Below are positions 7,258 through 16,282 of a stretch of DNA of 38,710 bases, in pieces. Source of the DNA: a bacterium. GTDB taxonomy: Bacteria; Actinomycetota; Coriobacteriia; Coriobacteriales; Eggerthellaceae. Position numbers and translations under genes: made by a program. The stretch covers positions 1 through 38,710 of the forward strand of contig CAVDDI010000001.1 of the NCBI GenBank assembly GCA_963607675.1, in the 5' to 3' direction. Numbering within the stretch: the first letter of the stretch is position 1; every line of letters starts with the position of its first letter. The notes under the pieces are model-generated. The model was not told where the DNA came from and did not search any database. It was given only the letters and a program-made list of their open reading frames with translations.

Positions 7258-10200
7258 CTATCCGCGCAAGTTATCACGCTTGAGCCGCAACAGGGAAAGG
7301 CCGATGAATCCTACAGCGGCAAACGCGGAAACCAAGCAGATGAGAACAGCGGGGTTGGCGTCATCCGTCATCGGTATGTTCTCTGGAAGGTCTTCCTGCT
7401 CGTCTTCGCTATCCTCCGGCTCAGTCCCTTGGCCGCCTTCTTGGCCGCCGTCACCCTCGTCTTTCCGATCATCCTCGCCGCCGCTTGCATCTTCCGTCCA
7501 AGCAGCAACAAGGGTGATGTCGGAGTCGAGCTGATGCGCGAAATCGTAAGGCTCGCCATCAAGCAGCCATTCCTTGAAGACATAGCCATCTTTTTCGGGG
7601 TCGGCAGGCTTGGCCACGCTTTCGCCGGCTTTGACGGACTCGGCCAGATATACCGAATCGCCGTCTTTGAATGTCACGGTATAGTACGTCGAGGCATCGG
7701 CCCAATGAGCCACAAGCTCGAGATCCTCCTCCACCAAGGTGTCCGCGGTAACCAGTTGTTCGCCGCTGTACCAACCGGCGAACTTGAAGCCATCCTTGGT
7801 GCTCTCGGGAAGGGAACCAAGGCTGCTCCCCTTCTTCACCTGTATAGGATCTACCTCGGTTCCACCGGCGGAGTCGAAGCTAACCGTCAAAAGCTCAGTC
7901 CATTTTGCATAAACCGTGGTGTCGGCCTTGATGGGGGTTCCGAAGCTGAATTCCTCGGTGCCCTGGGCATCCTTGTACCAGCCCTCGAACACGAACCCTG
8001 CGCGCTGCGGATCAGCATCCGGCCTGGTGGCGGTCGAGCCGTACTCGACCTCTTGGGGATCTACGCTTCCCTCTGCGCCGTTGAGGTCGAACGAAACCCG
8101 GTAGGTGTTCACTTCCCACTTGGCGTAAAGGGTCATGTCGCCAGTGACGGGTTCGGTGAAATCGAATGCTTCGGTGCCTGCCCTATCCTTAAACCAGCCC
8201 TTGAAGGTGAAGCCTTCGCGTGCTGGGTCAGGCGAAGGCTTGGTTGCAGGGGAACCGTAATCCACTTCCTGGCTTTCTACGCTGCCTTCTGCGCCGTCGA
8301 GATCGAACTCCACCGTGTACGTATTGAGCTGCCACTTAGCGGTAAGCACCATGTTCCCGGAGACCACTGTGTCTGCTTCGACCTTGTTGCCACCTGCATC
8401 GTACCAACCCAAGAAGCTGTGGCCCTCGTTTGACGGCTCAGGCAGAACGCCAAGGGTTTCGCCCTTTACAACGGTTCGGACCTCAGGGTCATCACCGTTG
8501 TTGAAGTCGAGCGTAACCGTGCATGCTTCGTCCCAAAGGGCGTAAACAACGGTGTCTTCGGTTATCGGCGTCTTAACGAAGTCGAACTCCGTTGTGCATG
8601 CCCCATCGGAGTACCAGCCCCTGAAGATATGGCCTGCCCAAACAGGATCTTCCGGCTGCTCAAGGTACTCACCGTACACCACGGTCTTGTCTTCCACCTT
8701 AGGCCCGCCCTCACCTGTGTTGAAGCTTACCGTGCAGATAGCGCGCTCCCACATCGCCGTGAGGGTGATGTCCTTCGTGACCGGAGTGTCGAAATCGTAC
8801 TTGCTTGCACCCGAGTACCAACCGATGAAGCTATAACCTTCCCGGGTTGGCTTCGTGGGGGAAACAACCTTATCGCCATAAGCAACTTCCACCGATTGCC
8901 CCTCTATGTCAGGGCAATCGTAGTCGAAGGTAACCGTGCAAGGCTCGTGGATGAGCTTCGCGTAAACCACCGTACCATCTTCAACTTCAGTGTCGAAATC
9001 GAATTTGCTTTCGAAATCGGCATCGGCATACCAGCCCTCAAAGGTGTAATCGGCACGCACCGGATCGCTTGGCGGTGTTACTTTATAGTCCTTGCTCGAG
9101 TCTACGTATTTAACGGAAAGGACCGTGTCCCCAGCCATGAAGGTCACTTTCCTGTCCCCGGTAGACTGGGTGGAAAAGAGCGAGTAAAGGGTTATATCGT
9201 CGGTGACCGGAGCATCGTAATACCAGACACTGTCCTTCTTCGATGCCGTATCGTACAGGAACCATTTGGCGAATTTCGCTTCGGTATCGCCCGTGTTCAC
9301 AGGGGTGGGAACACTGCTGAAATCGATTGGCTGGCCGTCTTCCACCTCGATTTGCTTTTCGGTGGTTCCATCCTCGAACTTGTAATAGCTGCTCATGTTG
9401 TCGGCAACGAAGGTGACCGTATGCTTAGATGCCTTCTTCGGCACGGTGACGCTCACTTTGAATTCCAGGTCCCCATCATCGGTAACCTTATAATCACTAA
9501 CCTCGGTCGTGGAGTACTCGCCCAGCCCCTCCGTCGAACCAGCAGGGCTGTACTTGTTGAACTTGACCTTGAAATCGAAATCCGGCTTACCGTCGACGAA
9601 CAAACTGCTGCTTGTCAGCGTAGATTCGGGTATCGAGATGGTGTAAGTAACGGTCTTGGACAAAGACTCGCCAGACCCGTCCTTCGCTTCCTCAACCTCT
9701 TTGTTCTTTACATATAGAGCATACGCAGTCCCCGGATGCTCGACGAGCTTGGTTGTCGAATCTATGTAGCCGAAGCTAAGCGCAGACTTGTAGACAGGCG
9801 TGTCCCCTTCTTCGGGGGTGTCGGAGGATTGCAGCTTATCGTAGCTGTAGATATCGCCAAGCTCGATGCCCACCTTCTGGACAGCGCACGCATAGTTGGC
9901 ACGAACCACCGTTGGCCCGTTGACGGTAATGGACATCTGGCCGTCAACCGTTTCGACGGTCTCTGTTTTGCCGTTCGACGTAACTGTCCATGAAACGAGC
10001 GTCCATTCCTGCTCGTTGCCTTCGCTATCTTTTGTTTTCTTAACGAAATCGCTGTTCTTGAGGGTGAGCGTTTCGCCGGGGCTTACCTGATAGAGCCACG
10101 GCTCCTTGGCGCTATAGGCAACAACGGAGTACCCGGTTGTCCTAAGGTCATAGAGGTAAAGATAGTTGCCTTCTCCGAGAATGCTGTACTTGACATTGTC

Positions 10201-12375
10201 GGAATAGATGCAGTTCGGCCACAAAGAGCCAAGCTTCTGGGTTACAAAGTCAGCGTTGGCGTTGATCTGCCGCTTCGACAAGGAATAGTCTTCGACCGTC
10301 ACGCCGATGGAGCTATCTGTGGTAACGGCGTTGTCCCCGGTTCCCCCGCTTATCTTCTGAGACCCCTTTATCGACAGATTACTGTGTTCAGCCTGCCCAC
10401 TGATGCTGCCGTCGGAAGCAAGATCGGCAACGCTGTTGCCGTCGATGAGGATGGTTCCGCCAAGCATGAAGGTAGCCGAATCGGTGTTGTTGCAATACAC
10501 ACCGCCACCTTGGCGAGTGGCGTAATTGCCGGAAATGGTGGTGTTGCTGATGCTCATTTGGTTGGCAAACCAAATGGCGCCGCCTGTTCCCTCTTTCGAC
10601 CCAGGCTGGCCGGCGTAGTTGCCCTTGAACTCCGCATTGGTGATGTTCGTTGCGTATTCACTTGAGCTGGAAACATAGATAGCCCCACCTTGAGAGGCCG
10701 CGTGGTTGTCGGTGAAGGTTGTTTTCCCTCCATCCCCGAAGATGGCTATAGATGCCTTGGCCTCGCTGTTGTAGATTGCCCCGCCAGCAGAAGCAGAGTT
10801 GCCTTCAAACGTCAGGCCGCCTTGGTTGTTGGTCGTGGTGAGATTGGCTTTGCAATCCGAGCCGAGCCATATAGCACCGCCCTGGCTAGCGGCAGAATTG
10901 CCCTTGAAGACAGTGCCTGGGTCAAGCTCTATGGCACTGATCTTATTCGTCCTTGAAACAGCTATACCGCCGCCGCTGCCTTTGGCTTGGTTGCCCTCGA
11001 TAGAGGCCTTTCCGATATGGTTGTTACGGTCAGTCTGCATGTATAGGGCACCGTGGCTGTCGATGTACATACCGCCACCATCGGATCCCGCCTCGTTGAA
11101 CGAAAGGGTAGACCCCGATCCACGGAAAATCGGGTTTGCGTCATTGGTGTGCTCCCAATTGCTGCCTGTATAGATACCGCCACCATAGGTTGCGGCCTTG
11201 TTGTGGTCCACATGGGAATCGGTGATGTCCAGGCCAACGTTGCAGTCGTCCACTATGGCTATTCCGCCACCATATTCACCCGAGGCGTTATGGCTGACCG
11301 AACTGTTCTGCCGGAACGAGAAATCTACGCTATATCCTTTCAGGGACGACCCATCATCGTAGATGCCGCCGCCTGCCTTTTTGGCGATGTTGTAGCTGAT
11401 AGAGGATTCCCCTTTCAGCTCAACCGTCGAAGAAGAAAGGTCACAGTCGCTTTCACCTGGATCGATGGCTAGGCCACCGCCGTATTTCTCACTCGTGTTC
11501 ATCTCGATGGAAGAGTTATCAAGGTAGAGATAGGCGCATTTATCGATGTAGATGCCGCCACCCCAGCCTTCGGCATGGTTGTACTTGAGGCACGAGTCCT
11601 TGAGGGTAACTTTGCTTAGCTCCGACTGAGCTATGCCTGCGCCGCATCCGTATGAACCAGCATACGTGTCGGCCACATTGCCGGCCACGCTGACGCGAGT
11701 GAGCGTCAAACTCGCTTCCTTTTGGACGGTAAAACCGCCGCCGCCAAGGCTGTCGTCGCAGGCACCGCCGGTGATAAGGCCGCCGAAGATGGTGGAGGTT
11801 CCATTCGGGTCGAGCCTCCAGAAGGTCCCGTCTTCGCCGAGGTCGATATCGGTCCCGGGATGCTCATAGAGGGATTCCTCATCGTTGCCCTCCGCGGAAC
11901 CGACAACATCTACGCTGGACCCCGTGCATACGCGGACCACATCGCCGTTACCCTGGCCCTTGAACTTGTTGGAGGAACCGGGGTTGGAGATCCCTCGATT
12001 GATGACATGGCCATGGAGGTTTATGGTGTAATGCTTTCCCGATCCCTCGAACTTGAGGACCCCGTAGCCGTTGGTGTTCCAATCCTCCATGAGGTCGATG
12101 GTCACATCATTTTCCTCATACGGGTTATGCGTACTGGAAACCATATCGTCTACTGCATGCATGGTGTCTTCAACGCTATGGCAGTAGTAGCTGCGCGCAT
12201 GTTCGCCCTGACAGCTCACCTTGGCAACGGCGCCGTCTTCATTCTGGTCGTATGCATACGCAAAAGAAGGCTGGAGGATGCATACCGAGAGCAGCACGAT
12301 GAAAGCTGCAACGATAGCGAGCCCGGGAGCGATGGGGGAACGATTGGCTCTAACGTTAAGGGGCAATTTCGCCAT
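7258..12375 (-). CDS. 1705-aa cell-surface protein: signal peptide, Pmp-like beta-helix repeats, about 9 InlB B / Listeria-Bacteroides repeats, C-terminal sorting-like signal
   Basis: N-terminal hydrophobic region ending SFAYA. Repeated GGGI/GGAI and FxxN motifs. Repeats of the form xTVxF...P...GYxFxGWY...FDF...V..D.TLYAKW. C-terminal IPMTDD, TM helix and RLKR tail. Confidence 0.92.
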   Translation of the reverse strand: MAKLPLNVRANRSPIAPGLAIVAAFIVLLSVCILQPSFAYAYDQNEDGAVAKVSCQGEHARSYYCHSVEDTMHAVDDMVSSTHNPYEENDVTIDLMEDWNTNGYGVLKFEGSGKHYTINLHGHVINRGISNPGSSNKFKGQGNGDVVRVCTGSSVDVVGSAEGNDEESLYEHPGTDIDLGEDGTFWRLDPNGTSTIFGGLITGGACDDSLGGGGFTVQKEASLTLTRVSVAGNVADTYAGSYGCGAGIAQSELSKVTLKDSCLKYNHAEGWGGGIYIDKCAYLYLDNSSIEMNTSEKYGGGLAIDPGESDCDLSSSTVELKGESSISYNIAKKAGGGIYDDGSSLKGYSVDFSFRQNSSVSHNASGEYGGGIAIVDDCNVGLDITDSHVDHNKAATYGGGIYTGSNWEHTNDANPIFRGSGSTLSFNEAGSDGGGMYIDSHGALYMQTDRNNHIGKASIEGNQAKGSGGGIAVSRTNKISAIELDPGTVFKGNSAASQGGAIWLGSDCKANLTTTNNQGGLTFEGNSASAGGAIYNSEAKASIAIFGDGGKTTFTDNHAASQGGAIYVSSSSEYATNITNAEFKGNYAGQPGSKEGTGGAIWFANQMSISNTTISGNYATRQGGGVYCNNTDSATFMLGGTILIDGNSVADLASDGSISGQAEHSNLSIKGSQKISGGTGDNAVTTDSSIGVTVEDYSLSKRQINANADFVTQKLGSLWPNCIYSDNVKYSILGEGNYLYLYDLRTTGYSVVAYSAKEPWLYQVSPGETLTLKNSDFVKKTKDSEGNEQEWTLVSWTVTSNGKTETVETVDGQMSITVNGPTVVRANYACAVQKVGIELGDIYSYDKLQSSDTPEEGDTPVYKSALSFGYIDSTTKLVEHPGTAYALYVKNKEVEEAKDGSGESLSKTVTYTISIPESTLTSSSLFVDGKPDFDFKVKFNKYSPAGSTEGLGEYSTTEVSDYKVTDDGDLEFKVSVTVPKKASKHTVTFVADNMSSYYKFEDGTTEKQIEVEDGQPIDFSSVPTPVNTGDTEAKFAKWFLYDTASKKDSVWYYDAPVTDDITLYSLFSTQSTGDRKVTFMAGDTVLSVKYVDSSKDYKVTPPSDPVRADYTFEGWYADADFESKFDFDTEVEDGTVVYAKLIHEPCTVTFDYDCPDIEGQSVEVAYGDKVVSPTKPTREGYSFIGWYSGASKYDFDTPVTKDITLTAMWERAICTVSFNTGEGGPKVEDKTVVYGEYLEQPEDPVWAGHIFRGWYSDGACTTEFDFVKTPITEDTVVYALWDEACTVTLDFNNGDDPEVRTVVKGETLGVLPEPSNEGHSFLGWYDAGGNKVEADTVVSGNMVLTAKWQLNTYTVEFDLDGAEGSVESQEVDYGSPATKPSPDPAREGFTFKGWFKDRAGTEAFDFTEPVTGDMTLYAKWEVNTYRVSFDLNGAEGSVDPQEVEYGSTATRPDADPQRAGFVFEGWYKDAQGTEEFSFGTPIKADTTVYAKWTELLTVSFDSAGGTEVDPIQVKKGSSLGSLPESTKDGFKFAGWYSGEQLVTADTLVEEDLELVAHWADASTYYTVTFKDGDSVYLAESVKAGESVAKPADPEKDGYVFKEWLLDGEPYDFAHQLDSDITLVAAWTEDASGGEDDRKDEGDGGQEGGQGTEPEDSEDEQEDLPENIPMTDDANPAVLICLVSAFAAVGFIGLSLLRLKRDNLRG

Positions 12376-12411
12376 TCCTTACTTCAACGGAAAGTATGTA
12401 CTAACTTATAA

Positions 12412-12420
12412 ATATTAGCA
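12412..12420 (-). promoter_or_regulatory. Putative extended -10 (TGcTAATAT) for the surface-protein gene
   Basis: Lies in the AT-rich 51-bp stretch between the purB terminator and the ATG at 12375; TAAGGA RBS-like sequence abuts the ATG. Confidence 0.4.
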
Positions 12421-12426
12421 CCTCAC

Positions 12427-12493
12427 GCAGCAAAACGCCCCCACAGCACGGACACTGCAGGGGCGCGAAGGCACAATATGGGATGCAGGGCTT
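12427..12493 (-). terminator. purB intrinsic terminator (direct repeat copy 2)
   Basis: Begins within the purB TAA stop. Hairpin CGCCCCUGCAG-UGUCCGUG-CUGUGGGGGCG followed by UUUU. Confidence 0.85.
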
Positions 12494-13835
12494 AGAACTC
12501 CAGCTTCTCCAAGCGCTCGAACACGACATCCTTGCGGGTTAGGAAGTCCCAAGGATCGAAGATCTCGTCGAGCTGTTCGGTGGTCAGCGTTGCCTCGGGG
12601 TCGTTCTCCAGGTTCTCGCGGTAGGTGGGGCCGTCAACGGCATTCTGGATGTCGGCCCATACCTTCATGGCATTGCGCTGGACGATGACGTAGGCGTCTT
12701 CACGGGTGATGCCCGTCTGAACCAGCGCCAACAGCACCTTCGAAGAGAAGATAAGGCCCTTGGTGCGCCACAGGTTATGCTCCATCTTGGCGGGATACGT
12801 CTGCAGGCCGTCAAGCATCCACTGCATCTTGCCGAACATGTAGTCCAGCGCGATGAAGCTGTCTGCCAGGGCAACGCGCTCAGCGCCGGAATGGCTGATG
12901 TCGCGCTCGTACCACAGGGCAACATCGTCAAGCGCCACCTGGGCGTTCGACTTCACCACACGCGAAAGGCCGCAGACGCGCTCGGCGGTGATGGGATTGC
13001 GCTTGTGGGGCATGGCCGAAGATCCCTTCTGCCCCTTGGCAAACGGCTCTTCTGCCTCGATGACGTCGGACTGCTGCAGCAGGCGCACCTGCATGGCAAT
13101 GGACTCAAGGGTGGAAGCGGTAACGGCGAGCGCCGTCATCACCTGGGCGTGGCGGTCGCGGGCAAGGACCTGGGTGGAAAGCGGGTCGGGCGTAAGGCCG
13201 AGCTTCTCGCAGACGTACTGCTCGACGAACGGATCGATGCTGGAGTACGTGCCCACCGCGCCGCTGATGGCGCCCGTGGCGGCAACCTTGCGGGCTTCCT
13301 CGAGGCGCGTCTGGGCGCGCTTGAGTGCCCAAGCCCAGCTGCCGAACTTCATGCCGAAGGTCATGGGCTCGGCATGGATGCCGTGGGTGCGACCCACGCA
13401 CAGGGTTTCCTGGAACTCGAAGGCGCGGCGCTTGCAGGTTTCACCGAGCTGCTTCACGTCTTCCAGGATGATGTCCACCGCTTGGGTGATCTGGTAGGAA
13501 AGGGCGGTATCGCCAAGGTCGGAAGAGGTCATGCCGTAATGCACCCAGCGGCTCGGGGGCTCCTTGCCCTCGGGAACGTCGGCGTCGATGTACTCGGCCA
13601 TGTTGGTGGTGAAGGCGATAACGTCGTGGTTCGTCACCTTCTCGATCTCGTCGATGCGTTCCACGGTGAAGTCGGCGTGAGCGCGGATCCAGGCGGCCTC
13701 TTCCTTGGTGATGCCGGATTTACCCAGCTCAGCCTGTGCCTCACAAGCCAGGACCTCGATCTCTTTCCAGATCTCGAACTTGTTCTGCAGCTCCCAGATG
13801 GCACCCATCTTGGGGCGCGTGTAGCGACCGATCAT
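12492..13835 (-). CDS. purB: Adenylosuccinate lyase
   Basis: HDVIAF, HYGMTSSD, GRTHGIHAEP and the fumarase-family signature GSSAMPHKRNP. Own extended -10 (TGgTAGAAT) about 55 nt upstream. Confidence 0.97.
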   Translation of the reverse strand: MIGRYTRPKMGAIWELQNKFEIWKEIEVLACEAQAELGKSGITKEEAAWIRAHADFTVERIDEIEKVTNHDVIAFTTNMAEYIDADVPEGKEPPSRWVHYGMTSSDLGDTALSYQITQAVDIILEDVKQLGETCKRRAFEFQETLCVGRTHGIHAEPMTFGMKFGSWAWALKRAQTRLEEARKVAATGAISGAVGTYSSIDPFVEQYVCEKLGLTPDPLSTQVLARDRHAQVMTALAVTASTLESIAMQVRLLQQSDVIEAEEPFAKGQKGSSAMPHKRNPITAERVCGLSRVVKSNAQVALDDVALWYERDISHSGAERVALADSFIALDYMFGKMQWMLDGLQTYPAKMEHNLWRTKGLIFSSKVLLALVQTGITREDAYVIVQRNAMKVWADIQNAVDGPTYRENLENDPEATLTTEQLDEIFDPWDFLTRKDVVFERLEKLEF

Positions 13836-13928
13836 CCTGTTCCTCCCTTATCGCTGGCCCGGTTCTTGGGCGTTTCGAATCGATTGGTATTCTACCAACA
13901 ATATAGGGGAGTTTGCGCTACGGCGAAC

Positions 13929-14600
13929 CTACAACGATCGCACGATCTCGCGGGCTCGGTTGAGCAGATCGGTGTCGGCGGCAACGACAACCTGGTCACC
14001 GGGGAAAATGCGCGTATCGCTGCCCACCACTTCCATATCATCGCCATGGGAAACCGCGATAAGGCGTATGCCGTCCTCGAATTCGAGGTCGAGCGCGCGG
14101 ACGCCGTTGTAGTTGTCGTGGTAGCGCATGGAGGGAACCTTGATGTCCAACAGGCCGATCTGGTCGCTGGTAAGCGAGACGGCAACGCCCATGGAGCCGA
14201 GCATGGCCTCTTCCTGGATCATGTGGGCGATAAGCGCCGTGGACGAAACGGACTCTATTCCTAAGCGCCGGAAGATGCGCAGGTTGCGCGGGCTGTTCAC
14301 GCGGGCGATGCAGCGGGGGACATCGAACACGCGCGACGAGATCTCGCACGCGGCAAGGTTGTCCTCGTCTTGGCCGGTGGCAGCAACGAAGATGTCGGCC
14401 TGCTGGGCGCCGGCGTCTTCCAAAACGGTTGCCGAGCAACCGTCGCCGTTGATGACCAGGCAGGAGCCGTCTATGGTCTCTGACAGCCTGCGCGCAGCAG
14501 GTTCGCTCTTCTCCACCAGGGCAACCTGATTGCCATCGCGAAGAAGCGTGCCCGCAAGGTAGGCCCCCAGCTTGCCGCCGCCCATGATTACGATGTACAC
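13929..14600 (-). CDS. TrkA-family (RCK N+C) potassium transport regulatory subunit
   Basis: IVIMGGGKLG Rossmann motif, ATGQDEDNL, C-terminal TrkA_C region; GTG start with AAGGAGG RBS. Confidence 0.9.
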   Translation of the reverse strand: MYIVIMGGGKLGAYLAGTLLRDGNQVALVEKSEPAARRLSETIDGSCLVINGDGCSATVLEDAGAQQADIFVAATGQDEDNLAACEISSRVFDVPRCIARVNSPRNLRIFRRLGIESVSSTALIAHMIQEEAMLGSMGVAVSLTSDQIGLLDIKVPSMRYHDNYNGVRALDLEFEDGIRLIAVSHGDDMEVVGSDTRIFPGDQVVVAADTDLLNRAREIVRSL

Positions 14601-14613
14601 GACCGGGACCTCC

Positions 14614-15273
14614 TTAGTCTTTCGCGTACTTTGCGATGGTGGGGATCATGGCATGGGAAACCACCGCAAGCACCGCATCGCCATGGTAGAGGATACTCGA
14701 AGGCGAAGGGATGGAGCTTACCGTTCCATCCGCGCGCTCGAACGCGCACACGCGCACGCCGTGCAGGCTTTCCAGTTCGGACACCTTGATGGACTTCTGC
14801 TCCTTGCCGGAAAGGTCCAAGGCGAACTGGAGCACCTCGAAATCGCCGAACGTGGCAATATGGTCGCCTATGCCGGAAATGGCCTTCGAGAAGATCTCTT
14901 CGGCAACAAGGGTGGTGCCGCACACATAGTCGATGCCGAGCTGCAGGTAGGTGCGCTCATGGCTGCTGTCGTACAGGCGTGCCACGGCGTAGGGCACATC
15001 GTAGAGGCGGCGGGCTATCTCGACCACCATGAGGTTCGCGTTGTCGCTCTGGGTTACCGCTGCGACGAAATCGCATTCCTCGATGCCTGCGTTCACCAGG
15101 ATCTCCTCGTCGTAACCTACGCCCACGAAGGTAGATCCATTGAAATCGCGGCCCAAGGAAGCAAACGCCTTCGGGTCGCGATCTATGACGCAAACGTTGT
15201 TGTCATGTTCGGAGAGCATAAGGGCCAAGCGGGAACCAACGCGCCCGCAGCCGACGATGATGATGTTGCTCAT
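14614..15273 (-). CDS. TrkA-family (RCK N+C) potassium transport regulatory subunit
   Basis: IIVGCGRVG, AVTQSDNAN and ARLYD...Y.QLGI motifs; tandem with the second TrkA, as in actinobacterial ceoBC. Confidence 0.9.
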   Translation of the reverse strand: MSNIIIVGCGRVGSRLALMLSEHDNNVCVIDRDPKAFASLGRDFNGSTFVGVGYDEEILVNAGIEECDFVAAVTQSDNANLMVVEIARRLYDVPYAVARLYDSSHERTYLQLGIDYVCGTTLVAEEIFSKAISGIGDHIATFGDFEVLQFALDLSGKEQKSIKVSELESLHGVRVCAFERADGTVSSIPSPSSILYHGDAVLAVVSHAMIPTIAKYAKD

Positions 15274-15309
15274 GATGATTGCGCCGCTTCGAGCAGCGCC
15301 TCCTTTGCG

Positions 15310-16062
15310 TTACAGGAACCGATAGCTAACCGTACGGGTGCCCCAGTCCCCATAAGAGCTGAAGCCGAACGCCTTCCAAACGCCGGGGGCCAAGTCGAGC
15401 GCTCGGCCGTAGCGGGCAAAGCCGCCCGTATCGGTAACGGTGGCGATTACCACCTTCCCGTCATAGCATACCTCGCAGATGCGGCCAACCTTGTCGGCCT
15501 GGGCTTCAGGTACGGCGACGGTGATGGAGTTATCGGTAAGGTCGACGCCTGAAGCGGTTGTGGCCACGCCGAAGTTGCCGTTGCCGTCGTCGTTGGTGGC
15601 GATGCAGTAGGCGCTTGCGATGCCGCTGGACCATGTGCCGTCGTTAACGTCGGGAGCGACATGCGGAGCCGTGGGAAGCGGGTTGAGCGTGCACACCTCG
15701 TTTGCCTTCTGCTCGGCAAGGGGATTGGCTGGGTCCACTGCGACGGGGACAACCACCGGGTCGGGGTCTTTCACCGTGATGGAGCGCTGAGCGGAGGCGG
15801 CGGCGTTGGATGCCTCGGAAACCACGATGTCGTCGGCCTGGCTGGCCTGTTGCTGGGCGCCAGCTGCTCGCTGCGACGATGAGATCTGCGCATCGACCGA
15901 GCGGGTATCGCTCAAACCGAGCGTAGAAGGGTCTTCCGTGCCCGAGCCCTGCGCTTGGCCGACCGAGAAGACGGCTACGGTGGCCATTGCCAAAACCAGC
16001 ACGAGGCCGATCATGGCGAAGGGCACCAGCCCTCTTTTACTATGTTGAGCGCTATTAGCCAA
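15310..16062 (-). CDS. Exported or membrane-anchored protein with a C-terminal RlpA-like double-psi beta-barrel (possible lytic transglycosylase)
   Basis: N-terminal KR plus hydrophobic helix, low-complexity linker, then ASAY...TASG...TVA...VTDTGGF...RALDL, resembling RlpA/3D domains. TTG start with GGGAG RBS. Confidence 0.75.
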   Translation of the reverse strand: MANSAQHSKRGLVPFAMIGLVLVLAMATVAVFSVGQAQGSGTEDPSTLGLSDTRSVDAQISSSQRAAGAQQQASQADDIVVSEASNAAASAQRSITVKDPDPVVVPVAVDPANPLAEQKANEVCTLNPLPTAPHVAPDVNDGTWSSGIASAYCIATNDDGNGNFGVATTASGVDLTDNSITVAVPEAQADKVGRICEVCYDGKVVIATVTDTGGFARYGRALDLAPGVWKAFGFSSYGDWGTRTVSYRFL

Positions 16063-16188
16063 AAGCTCCCTAAACGCGGCTTCGTCCTTGCCATCCCTGT
16101 TGCGGTGCGGCTCGGACCTTGCTTGGCGCCCTACCGGGAAAACCGGTGCGGCGCGCAGTTGCGTGTGCTCACGCGAAGGAGAATTATA
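16063..16188 (-). promoter_or_regulatory. TATAAT promoter and ~110-nt structured 5' leader
   Basis: Perfect TATAAT at 16183-16188. Three consecutive hairpins at 16161-16174, 16126-16154 and 16084-16117 precede the RBS. Confidence 0.6.
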
Positions 16189-16282
16189 GCGTTTCAGGGC
16201 ATCCGAACCAAATCGAGCTGCCGGTGAACGGGTTGCACCAAGGCCGCAAAATGACCCGGTAAAGCAACGCCTTGGATTGAAA

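Noticed and set aside
7211..7260. In-frame continuation after the surface gene's TAG reads AQLARLAKLGIRS*, faintly like the PurB end RLEKLEF*
   Set aside because: It could be a decayed purB 3' remnant extending the duplication, but the match is too short to distinguish from chance. No evidence for read-through.
7258..12375. Diversity-generating retroelement or shufflon acting on the surface protein
   Set aside because: No reverse transcriptase or invertase in the window, no template repeat differing only at adenines, and no inverted recombination sites seen.
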